Assembly: GCA_040285825.1 (NCBI GenBank) | Contig: JAUPSS010000002.1 | Coordinates: forward strand, 1,550,001 to 1,614,000 | Direction of reading: 5' to 3' | DNA length: 64,000 nt | From: Eukaryota sp. TZLM1-RC | Taxonomy: Eukaryota; Protista; Metamonada: BaSk clade | Part shown: in pieces, positions 22,144 through 33,477 of the stretch | Position numbering within the stretch: the stretch's first letter is position 1 | How the letters are laid out: every line of letters begins with the position of its first letter | Position numbers and translations under genes: made by a program | The notes under the pieces: generated by a model | Databases searched by the model: none | The model's input: only the letters and a program-made list of their open reading frames with translations | Told to the model about the DNA's origin: nothing

Positions 22144-23420
22144 GTATTAGATTTGTGTCTTTTCTTCAATTCATTGAAAGCAGTTGATTTGCTGATTTAT
22201 TGAATGTAGAACCAGGAATGTTGAAAAGTCACTTATTTTCTTCAGCAAATTTGGGTGATATTGGATTTACTAAATCTTCAATTTTGTGTCAATCAGCATT
22301 CTTGGGTGGTGGCAAAAATTTTATTTATGAATTTTCTCGTAGATTTCCTGATGATTCTCATCTGTTAGTTCCCAATTGCAGTCCTTATTTGTATGAGTTA
22401 TCTTGTGAACTCGAAAGAATGCCACCATAAATCTGGACTAAATGTTTTCCCCTATCAATTCAAGAAATTCCAAACCGATCTCTTTTTAATTTGCAGTTTT
22501 GATGTAAAAAGTTTCAACAAAAATTGTCAAAGATTTTTGAAAGCTTGGTTTCTGATGTTAGACTTGGCTTGGCCAAGAAAAAGAATCCCGCTTTTGCAAA
22601 TCTTTTACAAGATATGTGTGACAGTACTTCTTCTGCCTTAGTAACAACAATTCCCCAAGTTTATGGTACTCTCTTAACTGATTCTGCTTGGACTTTGAAT
22701 ATGAGATTTCGTTTCTTTATCTGGCCTGATCATGTACCTCATAATTTTATTTGTAAATGTTCCCGAAAAATTACAATTACTCAATTGTTAAATTGTAAAC
22801 ATTTTATTACTTTTAGAAGCAAGGTTCACGATGCTGTAAGAGACCAGTTATATTGTATGTTCAAGTCTCATAGAATTGAAACCTCTTTGGAACCGCTGTT
22901 GTCAAATCTTTTTGAAGCTGAAGATGATTTTCATAAGAATAATAGAGGTGATGTCATATTACATGGACAAGATGGAGCCTTCATTTTATTGGATGTAATG
23001 TCTGTTGATCCTTGTAATGTCTCAAATGAAAGGCTTGCTAATTCTAAAATTCATGATCCCCTTTCAAATGCTGAAAATATCAAAATCAAAAAATACAGTG
23101 AACCTTTGTCCAAATTGTGTACCCAACAGCATGCAAAATACAATTTGTATCCATTTGTATTTTCTCTATTCGGTTCGCTTGCTCCCACAGCTATACGTTT
23201 TTCGGCATTTGTGAAATGATTGTAAAGAGAAGAACTAACAGAAATTTCAGCTGATTGTTTTGGCAAAATAGAATTGTGTTTTCTATTTTCAAAGGGATGC
23301 TGAAGAAGGTTTCTGATGCTTTGCTTCCTCTTAGACCTCACTATGAGGGAGTTGCATCTAGTTGTTTTGTTTGGGAGAAATGGATTATTTAAATGTTGAT
23401 TTATAATTAAATTTTATAAA
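22144..23420 (+). mobile_element. RLE non-LTR retrotransposon, subfamily B, degenerate
   Basis: High nucleotide similarity to 8475-9740; stops and frameshifts. Confidence 0.9.
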
Positions 23421-23441
23421 GTGTGCAAATTCAATAAATAA
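23421..23441 (+). mobile_element. 21-bp micro-insertion of the subfamily-A 3' terminus
   Basis: gtgtgcaaattcaataaataa flanked by a 12-bp duplication aaattttataaa (23409-23420, 23442-23453). Confidence 0.75.
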
Positions 23442-23500
23442 AAATTTTATAAAAAAATTATGAATAATTCCATCTTATCAAAGCTTCAAATCCAAGGCAT

Positions 23501-24190
23501 ATGGATCTTCACAAGTACCTTGATGAACAATTGGCTGCTCATGGAAGTTCCAAACATCAAAACTCCCGTCCAAAGCAAAAACCTCAATCATCATCCCATT
23601 CCTCTGCTTTGGACAATCTACCTGTTGTACCATCAGTAACAATACGCTCTGCGGCAGCTCGATCTCTTGAGAAAGAACTTGAACTTCTTCGTGTCAAAGC
23701 TGGTGAACTCAATGCTTCTCTACACCCTTCTTCTTTCACCTATCCTACACCAACCACTTCCCGTCCAACAAGAGTGTATCGGAGGGAATGTAATGAAACA
23801 CCCGATGGTTCTGATACTGAATCGATCTGTTCATTGTCATCTACATCTTCTAGGTCCTCCATTCGAAGAAAAACAAGGAAGAAGTCGAAAGGTGCCAAAA
23901 GACCAAACCCACCCAAAACATACACGACCCTTAGAGAAATGAATCTTGAACGGGAGGTTTCTGTATTGGAAAAGAAAGTCAAGAGTCTTTCGAAACAATC
24001 AACTAAAATCACAAAGTTGGAACAAGAAAACCAAGACCTTCGAGACTCTGTGAGGCGACTGGAAAATGTCCGTCTGCAGCAACGAAGCTTGATACTTCAA
24101 TTGAGAAGAGATTTAGAATGTTGTCTGGGAATGGACAGTGGGTCAAAAGGAGGGTCAAAAAAGGTGAGAAAAAGGAAGAAAAAGAGTTGA
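23501..24190 (+). CDS. Hypothetical protein with coiled-coil and basic C-terminus
   Basis: Intact 229-aa ORF with coding-like composition. Confidence 0.7.
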   Translation: MDLHKYLDEQLAAHGSSKHQNSRPKQKPQSSSHSSALDNLPVVPSVTIRSAAARSLEKELELLRVKAGELNASLHPSSFTYPTPTTSRPTRVYRRECNETPDGSDTESICSLSSTSSRSSIRRKTRKKSKGAKRPNPPKTYTTLREMNLEREVSVLEKKVKSLSKQSTKITKLEQENQDLRDSVRRLENVRLQQRSLILQLRRDLECCLGMDSGSKGGSKKVRKRKKKS

Positions 24191-24250
24191 GATTTTGTAT
24201 TATTAATTTATTGGTGTTTCAGAAACAAAATACCGTTTTATTCAATTTAT

Positions 24251-26812
24251 TTATTCAATTGTTTGTATATTATTTAATATTGAATTGATTTTTTCCCTGT
24301 TTAATAATTCAATAAATGAAAATTTTCCTATATCATTAACCATTTGTATTTCATTTTTGTAAAAGGTTTCATCAAGATTTAAAACAAGAGAAACAATTGA
24401 ATTGAATAGAGACAAAAATTTGTTATTTAAAGAACTTTTTGTCTTATTTTCAATATACTCCCCCAATTCAACTAATGAAATAATTAATTCTTTTGCTCGA
24501 CCTCCAGTTAGGATAAAGTCACCCGCTATTATCAGAAACAATTCGACTAATGATAACGCACCTAGAGCAACGCCTGGAGACAGAGAAACCAAAGGTAAGA
24601 CTAAATCCCATGATGTAGCCATTAAGGACAATATTTTGAAGGGGTGATGTGAAAGAATCGTGAAGCAATCGTAAAGAAGTTTCAAAGTGATCATTCGCTC
24701 ATTACTGGATGGACAATCCAAACAAAATAAAGTGCCCTTAATTATTATGTAAATCAAAAACTCTAACCCAGTTGATTCTTCTTTTTCTTCAACATTTCTC
24801 CAATCTACTGGCAATGGACTGGTGGATAAAGGTTTAATGATGTTTCTCAGGGCTGATAGAAGAGACGATCTGCTTGATTTGAAAGAACTTTGGGGCAAGA
24901 CAGTTAAAATTTCATTGGCAAAGGAGGTAAGAAAAGGAAAGACCGTTTCTGTTAAAGTCATCGAATTTTGATCTTCATTTTTGATACTATCATAAGTAAG
25001 TTTGAATAGTCCAGAAGCAAATTCAGAACCCACCAAACCATTGTTGAATCGTAAAGAACTGGTGGCAGAGTCCAGAATGTAATCCAAGTTATTGAATAAT
25101 AATTCATGAATTGAGCGCTGTTGAGAATTAGAAATATGCTGGAAAAAATTAATGGCAAAAGAGTTTAGTAAAACTGAATTGAATGAAAAACATTCCAAAA
25201 TTAAAAATAAACTTGAGGGAAATAGTTCTTGAAAGAGATCAATATTTTGAGCAAAAAGAAAACTAAATATTTTGGTGAGACAAGAGAGGATCAATGATGA
25301 CGTGTTGATAACGTGATTGATTGATGTTTGAATATAAATGGTTTGTGATACTTGAAGTTCACGGAGTTGTTTAAGTTTTGTCGTTAGTTCAGAGTTCAAA
25401 AAATCAATCAGGTCAAAAATAAGGTCAAAAATGGCCTCATCAATCAACAATTGATTGATTGAATCAAACTGACCCAGAAAAACAGAGAATAAAGAAGCCC
25501 TTGTTAAATCCAAGTTCTCAATCACCTTAAACCAAATAAAGGATGGTGAAAAAGGAATATTGCCTAATAAATGAGAAAACAAAGTAAAATTAAAAGGAAT
25601 AGTAAACAGCAATGATTCATTTGGAGGACTTTGACAATTTAATATTGAATGTGGCTTACTGGGAGAAATGGAAAGTAAATGGGATGGTAAATTAATCAAA
25701 AGAAAATCAATTAAACTAGTATTGAAATTTGGTATAATAAAATTAAAAAACTGATCAAAAACTAAATCCTGACAGAGTTCACAAATTAAAGATGCTAGTG
25801 TAATAAGGAATTGTCCATTATCATTTAAAAACAAATCAGACACCAATTTAATTTGATTGATGAAATAATGATTAGATTCAGGGTCAACAAAGAAGTTTAT
25901 TAGTAAATACTTTGAAATGGACAGGGTATTTTTGAAGGTAGTGTGGCTGTTTAGGTCAAAATCCAGAGTTTTTGAGCTAACGTTTGAAGAAATCAGACGA
26001 CTTTGAAGTATCACAATTGCTATCAGTCCTAGTAATTTTGCCGGAAAATAAGAATAATTTGTGAAATCCAAGAACCAACAGAAGATACCACTGAATACCT
26101 TAAAAGAACTGGAATTTTCAACAATAAAATTATCAATTCTGGACAAAAATGATGAAAATATTTTCAAAAACAATGGAATTAATTTATCGCAAGCTGCTGC
26201 CTTCCAATCAATTGACACATGTACTGAAAGATTTGAAGAATCGGAAAGTGAAGATAAATCGATCAATTTTGATTGATGATCAGAATGAGACAGAGCAGAA
26301 AAATATTTGTTTGACGGGTCTTTCAATACTGAAAATAGTTTAAAATGTAAAAAATTAATTAATTCAACAATAAAAAGCACTCTGGTGTTCGAATAATTAT
26401 GAATACTCCCAATCAGCACTTTTGACACACTAGCACAAACTCCCGGGAAAAGGAATCCTTTGGTTTCAAGGGCAGTGTTCGTCCACAGAGAGGAAAGAGA
26501 CTTGATGGAAGTTGTTGACAGTGGATGAGGCTTGGAGAGGGAATTGAGAGAGTGGGAGATGAGGGTAGCGGAGAGATGTGGAGGGAGTGGTGGTAATGAT
26601 TGTATTATGGTGTGCAATAAAAGTAGGTGGTCTTCGGTTAAATATTCCTTGTCCAAAAGTTGAGCAATTAGCGTGGAGATGTGTGCAGTGGTTATAGGAG
26701 TCATGGATTTGTTGAGTAAAGATTTGAGTGCTTGTTCCAGAGTTACAAGATCTGAGGAACACACATTGGATCCTCTTTTCAAGATATATTGAAGAGTTTG
26801 TATAGGGTTCAT
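24251..26812 (-). CDS. TTI1: TELO2-interacting protein 1-like HEAT protein
   Basis: FLFPGVCASVSKVL, DWKAAACDKL and NNLDYILDSATSSLR resemble conserved TTI1 motifs in the expected order. Confidence 0.65.
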   Translation of the reverse strand: MNPIQTLQYILKRGSNVCSSDLVTLEQALKSLLNKSMTPITTAHISTLIAQLLDKEYLTEDHLLLLHTIIQSLPPLPPHLSATLISHSLNSLSKPHPLSTTSIKSLSSLWTNTALETKGFLFPGVCASVSKVLIGSIHNYSNTRVLFIVELINFLHFKLFSVLKDPSNKYFSALSHSDHQSKLIDLSSLSDSSNLSVHVSIDWKAAACDKLIPLFLKIFSSFLSRIDNFIVENSSSFKVFSGIFCWFLDFTNYSYFPAKLLGLIAIVILQSRLISSNVSSKTLDFDLNSHTTFKNTLSISKYLLINFFVDPESNHYFINQIKLVSDLFLNDNGQFLITLASLICELCQDLVFDQFFNFIIPNFNTSLIDFLLINLPSHLLSISPSKPHSILNCQSPPNESLLFTIPFNFTLFSHLLGNIPFSPSFIWFKVIENLDLTRASLFSVFLGQFDSINQLLIDEAIFDLIFDLIDFLNSELTTKLKQLRELQVSQTIYIQTSINHVINTSSLILSCLTKIFSFLFAQNIDLFQELFPSSLFLILECFSFNSVLLNSFAINFFQHISNSQQRSIHELLFNNLDYILDSATSSLRFNNGLVGSEFASGLFKLTYDSIKNEDQNSMTLTETVFPFLTSFANEILTVLPQSSFKSSRSSLLSALRNIIKPLSTSPLPVDWRNVEEKEESTGLEFLIYIIIKGTLFCLDCPSSNERMITLKLLYDCFTILSHHPFKILSLMATSWDLVLPLVSLSPGVALGALSLVELFLIIAGDFILTGGRAKELIISLVELGEYIENKTKSSLNNKFLSLFNSIVSLVLNLDETFYKNEIQMVNDIGKFSFIELLNREKINSILNNIQTIE

Positions 26813-26838
26813 GGTTACGGATATTCCTTATGACAATG
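26810..26838 (-). promoter_or_regulatory. 29-nt leader motif, copy 3 (TTI1)
   Basis: Sense cattgtcataaggaatatccgtaaccATG; 23/29 identical to copy 1 with the same spacing. Confidence 0.6.
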
Positions 26839-27619
26839 AAAAAGGTGTCTCAAACAAAAAGCTGTTTCAAAATTTCAATTATCAAATCTTAAGGCCCAAA
26901 AACATAATGAGCTTTTATCCAATTTGTGACCTCACTGCCCTGGGATATTTTATTGTTTTCTTGACGGTTTTGAGAACAAATTGGCACAAATAGACCAAGT
27001 GGACCATTAAAAACTTTGAGGGACGTTGAAGAAGGTTGGCATTGCTTTCTCCCAGATTCCATTATGAGAACGTGACACTGAGTTGTTTCATAGTGGAAGA
27101 AATGGATTGTTGATTGATTTAAAAGTATAAACAATATGATACCTTTTTGTTTACAAATAGCATCTTACAATGAAGATTATTATAACGAACAGCACAAGTC
27201 CATCACTGTCCTGTTACAAAGAGTTTCAGAATATTTAAGCATTAACCAGTGCGAATAATTGCAAATATCTTAATTTCAATACATTTTTTACAATTTTCAA
27301 AAAGTTCGATTTATGCATAATAATTAATGTCATTACATAAAGTTTATTATGATGGTTATCCAAAAATCCAAATCTGTGAACAAACTAGTTTAAACAGCAT
27401 ATTAAAAACTATATGATTCAATAGACATTCAAAAAACTTAATTTGCAAAAGCATGAAATTCCAATATAAAAAACACATCGAAACTTCAGCAAAGAACTTG
27501 ATGTGTAAATTGAAACCTAATGACACCTTGTCACAAACGATAACGTTTCAACATCGAATAGTTGCAGTATTACCTAATAACATAACGTTATTTTGATTAA
27601 GAATCAATCAAACCAGCAA

Positions 27620-28345
27620 TCAAATCAGTATTAATCCTTCATCTTCATAATCATGATCAGTTTTTAATGCAGTTGGTGCTTTGGAAGTCTCCTCCAGAGC
27701 ATTTACCTCCTCTTTCTCTTGTTTTTTCCGTTGTAAAAGTCTCATGCGAAAGAACTCCTCTCTTTCTGCCTCATCAAGTTCATCTAGTATGAATGTTTCT
27801 GTGGCCTCAAGTCTTGGGATTACAACATGCTCCAAAGCATTCACTCTGCGATTAACCAACTTGACTTGATCCTTGAGTGTGATTTCCCCTATTTGGAGCG
27901 ATGCAAGCTTGGTAATCTCTGTTAGAAGGTCTATAAATGCTGAGCGACACTTGTCAATGGCCTCCCCGCCCCTTGCTAGCCCTGCCAGATCCATGGTGGT
28001 TGAGTGATCCTTTACCAGCTCAAAGGTGGGCAAGCGGACGCCTGCAACATTGATCTCGTATCGCTGAACCTTGAGGGATGCCGATCCGATGGTGGATTGT
28101 TTGACTATCTGTTGAAGGTCTCCAACAGACCATTGAACTTGTGAGATTGAAAAAGAGGCCTGTTTAACAGTATTAAGAAGTGATTTGCGGACTTTAGCGA
28201 GCTCCTTCAACACTTTGTGGTTATGTAACGTGAGGGCATCTGCTTTGCGCTTTAATAGACTATGTCCTTCAGTAGCAGATGACCTCTGGGTCTGTGTAAG
28301 CTGAAGATTAATTCTAGTGGGTAGAACTGATGGATCACGCGACAT
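27620..28345 (-). CDS. ATP6V1D: V-type proton ATPase subunit D
   Basis: PTR, GHSLLKRKADAL, NVAGVRLP, LASLQ, NRRVNALEHVVIPR, ELDEAEREEFFR. Confidence 0.96.
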   Translation of the reverse strand: MSRDPSVLPTRINLQLTQTQRSSATEGHSLLKRKADALTLHNHKVLKELAKVRKSLLNTVKQASFSISQVQWSVGDLQQIVKQSTIGSASLKVQRYEINVAGVRLPTFELVKDHSTTMDLAGLARGGEAIDKCRSAFIDLLTEITKLASLQIGEITLKDQVKLVNRRVNALEHVVIPRLEATETFILDELDEAEREEFFRMRLLQRKKQEKEEVNALEETSKAPTALKTDHDYEDEGLILI

Positions 28346-28399
28346 AGTCTACTGTATTTGAAATGGAGGCAAATCAAAAAAATCCATGCTAATAAGCAA

Positions 28400-28660
28400 T
28401 AATCTCCACTCATCATTCTTTTCCACACTCACTGACCGTTGCAGTACCCTCGGTCTGCAAATTTCATGGATATGAGAGTACGTAATCCAGTACATGTTCA
28501 GAGCACTGTTAACATCCCAATAGACGCCACATTCACTGTTTTGACAGTGTAGCAGTCCATGGCATGGGACTACCAGTAGTATTGCAGTCAATTATAACTT
28601 TCTCTCTCGAAATTGTTTGCATTTTTTCATTAAATGCTTTTTTGTTTTTGCTTTTGATTT
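28400..28660 (-). pseudogene. Fanzor1 3' remnant (CQNSECG lineage)
   Basis: HGLLHCQNSECGVYW(DR)DVNSALNM...RPRVLQR; clearly homologous to 46389-46680. Probably continues at about 29465-29620 beyond the retro insertion. Confidence 0.75.
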
Positions 28661-28661
28661 T

Positions 28662-29453
28662 TGTGCCACGAAAATTTGGCCTGTGTGCTAATAATGAAGC
28701 GTTTGTAACAAAAATGAGATTATATTTGAATATCCCCATTAATCAACTATTATTCAAAGAAAAATGTGTTTGTTCGAATTCACCTCAACTCACTTTGCAT
28801 CATGCTCTGAACTGTTCTAAATTGATAACCTATCGGTCTTCATTACTTGATGCTGTTAGAGACACTGTTTTCAATATGGCACAAACTGCAAGAATTTCGT
28901 GTATCAAAGAGCCTCTGCTGAAAGAAACACTGTCATTGAATAATTTTGGTTCTGATGATAGAGGTAATGTATACTGTGATTGGATTGACAACTCTGAGGC
29001 TGTTGTTGACTTTGTCTCCTGTAATGTTGCAAATGACACTTTGGTTCAAAGAAGAAAACTTAATCCTGTGACTGCTCTTGATTTTAAGGCCCACAAAAAA
29101 CATAGAAAATGCGGTAAAGATATCGAAGAAGCTAATGTTGATAGAAATAGACCACTTGTTTTTATTGATTTCCCATTTTCGATAAACGGAAGACTATCAG
29201 TAGAAGCAGGAACTTTTTTGAATGATTTCCAAAAAATGGTTCAAGAAAAAACAATTAAAAGATTTGCTGTATTTTTATGGCGCTATCGAATCAAATTTGC
29301 CATTATTAATAGATTGCCTCGTTTTTTCAATCGAATTAGAGAAGCTTTAGCGAGACAGTACGTAGATCAAGATTCTGTAGATGAAATCTTGGTTCATTGA
29401 ATTTTGTCCTATTAGTTATGACTTTATTTTGTTAAGTTCACAAGTTCAATAAA
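28662..29453 (+). mobile_element. RLE retrotransposon subfamily A 3' fragment
   Basis: Zinc finger plus endonuclease ORF (VPRKFG...DEILVH), close to 17330-18119. Confidence 0.9.
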
Positions 29454-29826
29454 AATGCATAATATTGATTTTGTTGGATTTTTTTTATTTTTTTTCCTTT
29501 TACTTTCTTTCCAACAGAATTCTTTTGTTTGATGATATTCGAGGTATTGAGCAAACGTTTTCACCATTGATATTTCTAATGATCCGCAAGTCATTTTGAA
29601 AACAATGAACAATAGGTTTCACCATCTTGTGCTTTTTAGGTGAATCAAATTACTTTGACTTCGATAGCAACATTGAATTAACAAAAATGTTCAAAGCAGT
29701 GTCACTGGATATTGATCATATAGGACGTGTGAATATTGGTCACACAATGGTCTGATAATCGATCTAAAATTGACATAAGTGTAGAATTAATTTGAGTCAC
29801 TTCAACACATACGCTCTTCTTCAATA

Positions 29827-30354
29827 ATGCGGCTCACAGCTGAACTGATTAAAGCATCTCCTCAGTTCTGGAATCCTCTCAAAGTACGTGAACTCAATCT
29901 CCGTGGACACCGTATACCATCTATAGAAAATTTAGCAGCTACACTTGACCAGTTTAGATTAATAGATCTTACAGATAACTCCCTGAGGTCACTGGAAGGC
30001 TTTCCTACCCTCAAGAACCTTGAGATGTTGTTTCTGACCAACAACAGGATAACTACTATCTCACCCACTCTCTCTGACAAGCTTCCTAACCTAACTACCA
30101 TTATTCTCACCGGTAACCAGATTGCTACTGTGGAAAGTCTAATTCCATTAACAACACTTTCTCAGTTATCAGAAGTGTCACTCTTGAATAACCCAGTGGT
30201 CTCTCAACCAGATTATAGATTGTGTGTCATTGCAATGTTGCCGAGGGTTAAGATACTGGATTTTGTAAAAGTTACTACAAAAGAACGTATTGCAGCCAGA
30301 GAGATACAATCAGAAGGTAAAACTTTTATTGCCGGAGAAGCAGTTCAAATATAA
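29827..30354 (+). CDS. SNRPA1: U2 snRNP protein A'
   Basis: MRLTAELI...NPLKVRELNLRGHRIPSIENLAATLDQF LRR, and YRL.VI...P.VKILDF LRRcap. Confidence 0.95.
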   Translation: MRLTAELIKASPQFWNPLKVRELNLRGHRIPSIENLAATLDQFRLIDLTDNSLRSLEGFPTLKNLEMLFLTNNRITTISPTLSDKLPNLTTIILTGNQIATVESLIPLTTLSQLSEVSLLNNPVVSQPDYRLCVIAMLPRVKILDFVKVTTKERIAAREIQSEGKTFIAGEAVQI

Positions 30355-30409
30355 TATAAAACTAAATTAATTTATTTTTTGATCAACTTGATTAATTTTT
30401 GTGCATGAT

Positions 30410-32593
30410 TTACGAATCTGCAAAGTTCCTTTTCACTCTTACATTTTTCTTTTCAAAACTTAAATAAAATTCAATCGTATCACTTGTAGTTTGAGGTTTG
30501 ATGACCTCCAAAGCTTTATCAAAATGTGTCTGTTCCACATTGCCCCCATCCAAATTTTCTCTCATGACATTCATTGATGCTTCTCTACATACCGCAGCAA
30601 TCTCAGCAGCGGTATATCCATCGGTAACATTTGCGAGATGGGAAAAAGAAACACTGGGCGATACAGGGGTTTTTGCTAAACAAACATTAAACACCTCAAT
30701 TCTGGATGACAGAGCAGGCAAACCAAGATAAACCAACCTGTCAAGTCTGCCAGGACGGAGGAGGGCAGGGTCGATCAGGTCCGGTCTGTTGGTGGCAGCA
30801 ATCATGAAGACATTATTCAAACCCTCAACACCATCCAATTCATTCAACAGGGATGCAAGGACCCGTTCGCCTGCACCATTGCCCGAAGATTCCCTGTTGA
30901 CAGCGAGGGCATCAATCTCATCAAAGAAGATGATACAGGGAGAAGCAGCTCTGGCTTTGGTGAAAAGAGTACGAATAGCCTTTTCAGACTCACCTAGATA
31001 TTTTGAGAAAATCTCAGGTCCTTTGACCAACAGAAAGTTGAGACCAGCTTCTGATGCAAGAGCTTTTGCTGTAAGAGTCTTTGAACATCCAGGAGGGCCA
31101 TATAAAAGTATCCCTTTTGGTGGATTAACACCCATGCGGATGAACTTCTCTGGAAACTTGATAGGCCATTCAACAGTTTCTTTAAGCAATGCTTTAATGT
31201 CATCAAGCCCTCCAATATCTGTCCATTTTGTGTTGGGTATAGTGAGAGTAACTTCTCTTATTGCAGAAGGACGTATAGACTTTAATGCAAGTTGTAAATA
31301 TTCAAGTGTAAGTAAAAGGGGTTTTGAGTTTGATATTGAATTCTTAATTGAATTTAAACAAGCTAATTTAAACAAATTATTAATATCAGACCCAACAAAA
31401 CCATGTAAAGAGAAAGTAAACTCCCTTAAAAGAGATTTGTCTATTAGTGTATTTGAATTATTTAAATAATATTCCAGAATTTCAAATCTATCCTGGGGGG
31501 TTGGTACACTAACTTCTAATTCATATAAAAATTTAGATCTAAAAGATGATGGAAGTAAATCTACTTTGGAGCAAGTACTCAATAGCATTGAATTAGTACT
31601 GATGAAATTAATATCTTGGAGTTTGTGCATAAAAGAATGAAACATTGAATTATTAGTCTCATTACTATTAATCAACTGCTCAATATTAGAAACTAAATAA
31701 CAAACCCCAGACTCATTACAATCTACTTTATCAATTTCAGAAACCAAAACTTCCACAAGTTTAATACCCAAATTGAAACAACATTGTCTAACTAAAGACT
31801 TCTTACCAGTTCCAGGGTGGCCGTAAACCAAAACTGACCGAAGAGGGGGTATTCCAAAGCTATGAAACAGGTGAGAATGTTGAAAAACACCAGATAAAAG
31901 AGATTCTAGGTCCTTCACTAGTGAAGTATACCCAGCAAAAGGCGTAATTAACTGAGAAGAGTCATCACTTTTAATAACCAACTTTGAATCAGGAACCACC
32001 ACTCCATTTGAGGGTTCTACATCAGTTACAGTAAAAAGATCAGAACAAGAGCAAAAGGGAGGGCAGTTGAATGATAAACTTGAACCACAACTCAACACAC
32101 GACCAACAAACTTCGAATGGAGAAGGGGGATAAAGCTAGAAGGTAGCGATTTGGGGAAGGAGACAGCGTAGGAAGAAACAGAGCTGGGAATGCTGACGAC
32201 AGAACATGTGGCTGTTTTGGAATTGGAAAGGTCTCTAAAGGAGTCCTCGTCGAGCTTACAATGAGAGAAGGGAAGACTAGGATCAGGAAAGCAACGAAGA
32301 ATGACTGATTCATTGGAAGAGGTGACTAATTGGATGAAGTCTCCTGGTGACATGGTGAGAACAGATAAACATTCAGGATTGAGCCTGGCTAATGGGGGGG
32401 AAGTAATGGCAGATAGAGACAACAGTTTAGTGGAAAGAAATGACTCTATAACAGATTGAGAAGATGATTGAGATTGTAATGGGGAAGATAAAGCTAAAGG
32501 AGAACTACAGGGAGATTGTTGCTGACGACAAGCAAGAGTGAGATTGCCAATGTTGGGAGGACTGGGCGAAGGGCGGTTCTTTTTCTTCGCCAT
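30410..32593 (-). CDS. AFG2: AFG2/Drg1/SPATA5-type double-ring AAA ATPase
   Basis: IRPSAIRE, WTDIGG, GPPGCSKT (AFG2-type D2 Walker A), IIFFDEID, LRPGRLDR. Start placed at MAKKKN. Confidence 0.85.
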   Translation of the reverse strand: MAKKKNRPSPSPPNIGNLTLACRQQQSPCSSPLALSSPLQSQSSSQSVIESFLSTKLLSLSAITSPPLARLNPECLSVLTMSPGDFIQLVTSSNESVILRCFPDPSLPFSHCKLDEDSFRDLSNSKTATCSVVSIPSSVSSYAVSFPKSLPSSFIPLLHSKFVGRVLSCGSSLSFNCPPFCSCSDLFTVTDVEPSNGVVVPDSKLVIKSDDSSQLITPFAGYTSLVKDLESLLSGVFQHSHLFHSFGIPPLRSVLVYGHPGTGKKSLVRQCCFNLGIKLVEVLVSEIDKVDCNESGVCYLVSNIEQLINSNETNNSMFHSFMHKLQDINFISTNSMLLSTCSKVDLLPSSFRSKFLYELEVSVPTPQDRFEILEYYLNNSNTLIDKSLLREFTFSLHGFVGSDINNLFKLACLNSIKNSISNSKPLLLTLEYLQLALKSIRPSAIREVTLTIPNTKWTDIGGLDDIKALLKETVEWPIKFPEKFIRMGVNPPKGILLYGPPGCSKTLTAKALASEAGLNFLLVKGPEIFSKYLGESEKAIRTLFTKARAASPCIIFFDEIDALAVNRESSGNGAGERVLASLLNELDGVEGLNNVFMIAATNRPDLIDPALLRPGRLDRLVYLGLPALSSRIEVFNVCLAKTPVSPSVSFSHLANVTDGYTAAEIAAVCREASMNVMRENLDGGNVEQTHFDKALEVIKPQTTSDTIEFYLSFEKKNVRVKRNFADS

Positions 32594-32949
32594 TGAAATG
32601 GAGGACACAAGAGTCACCTTCAAAAAGGAATTGATGTTACCAGAATTGAACTTCAATACATCTTTCTACATTTACCATTTCCATTTCGACGAGAAAATGG
32701 GAATGAATCTGAAAAGTGTTCAGAAATCGAAAGACAAACAAAAATAGAAACAAAATAGTGCAAAAATATATTAGTTATTGTAATAAATTAAATTCAACCT
32801 AGATTGAACATAGCGAGTGATCACCGATAAAACAAAAACGGAAATGGAATGAACTTCTGACCATTTGGAAATGAAAGTGAAAATGAAAATGAATCATGGA
32901 TTAACCTTCTGTTCATTAACCTACAACTTCTCAAAAGCATTTCTACATT

Positions 32950-33171
32950 ATGGGTTTGTGTAGAGGATCTTCAATCAAAAACATTGACTGGCGTGTTGAT
33001 GTTGCTCTTTCATCGGCGTCTGCCGCTTCTGTTCTTAGATCTTTCGTCCTTCTGAAATTAACTCTATCTGACTCGCGTGTACTTAACTTTGAAATGACTG
33101 TTGAAGAGTTTCAGGCATTCAGGTTTGATGTTGCGTCATCGCTTTCCGCTCTTCAGAATCTTCCTCAATGA
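32950..33171 (+). CDS. COMM-domain protein (COMMD5-like sequence, COMM domain only)
   Basis: IDWRVDVALSS...VLLKLTLSD...FEMTVEEFQAFRFDVA. Confidence 0.75.
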   Translation: MGLCRGSSIKNIDWRVDVALSSASAASVLRSFVLLKLTLSDSRVLNFEMTVEEFQAFRFDVASSLSALQNLPQ

Positions 33172-33477
33172 TTACTATTTCTTGTACATTTTCTGTCCTT
33201 TTGTATCATGAGCTTATCTCAATGTTATAAACATTATTTATTATCCATTCATTTTCTTGAATTGTCTTTTAAATTTTGCATCACAGGCTACGTTTACATT
33301 AAATACACTCAAAAACGGTTGGTATAATAACCCCAACTATTGATGTTGGTGCAAATTCAGTTATAAATGCAATCTTGCTGCCTACGTGGTTTTACAATAA
33401 CCTATTCAAGATTTGATTAAAGAAGTATGGAAAATTTTATCAAAAAGGTTCAGCTTTTGAGCAAGACTGTGCTTACA

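Noticed and set aside
21682-22203. 173-aa ORF
   Set aside because: Non-ATG start, no recognisable motif, and it runs into a retrotransposon; probably mixed remnants.
30789-31469. 226-aa plus-strand ORF, and similar antisense ORFs over RPAP1, UAP56 and gypsy
   Set aside because: Shadow ORFs opposite well-conserved genes.
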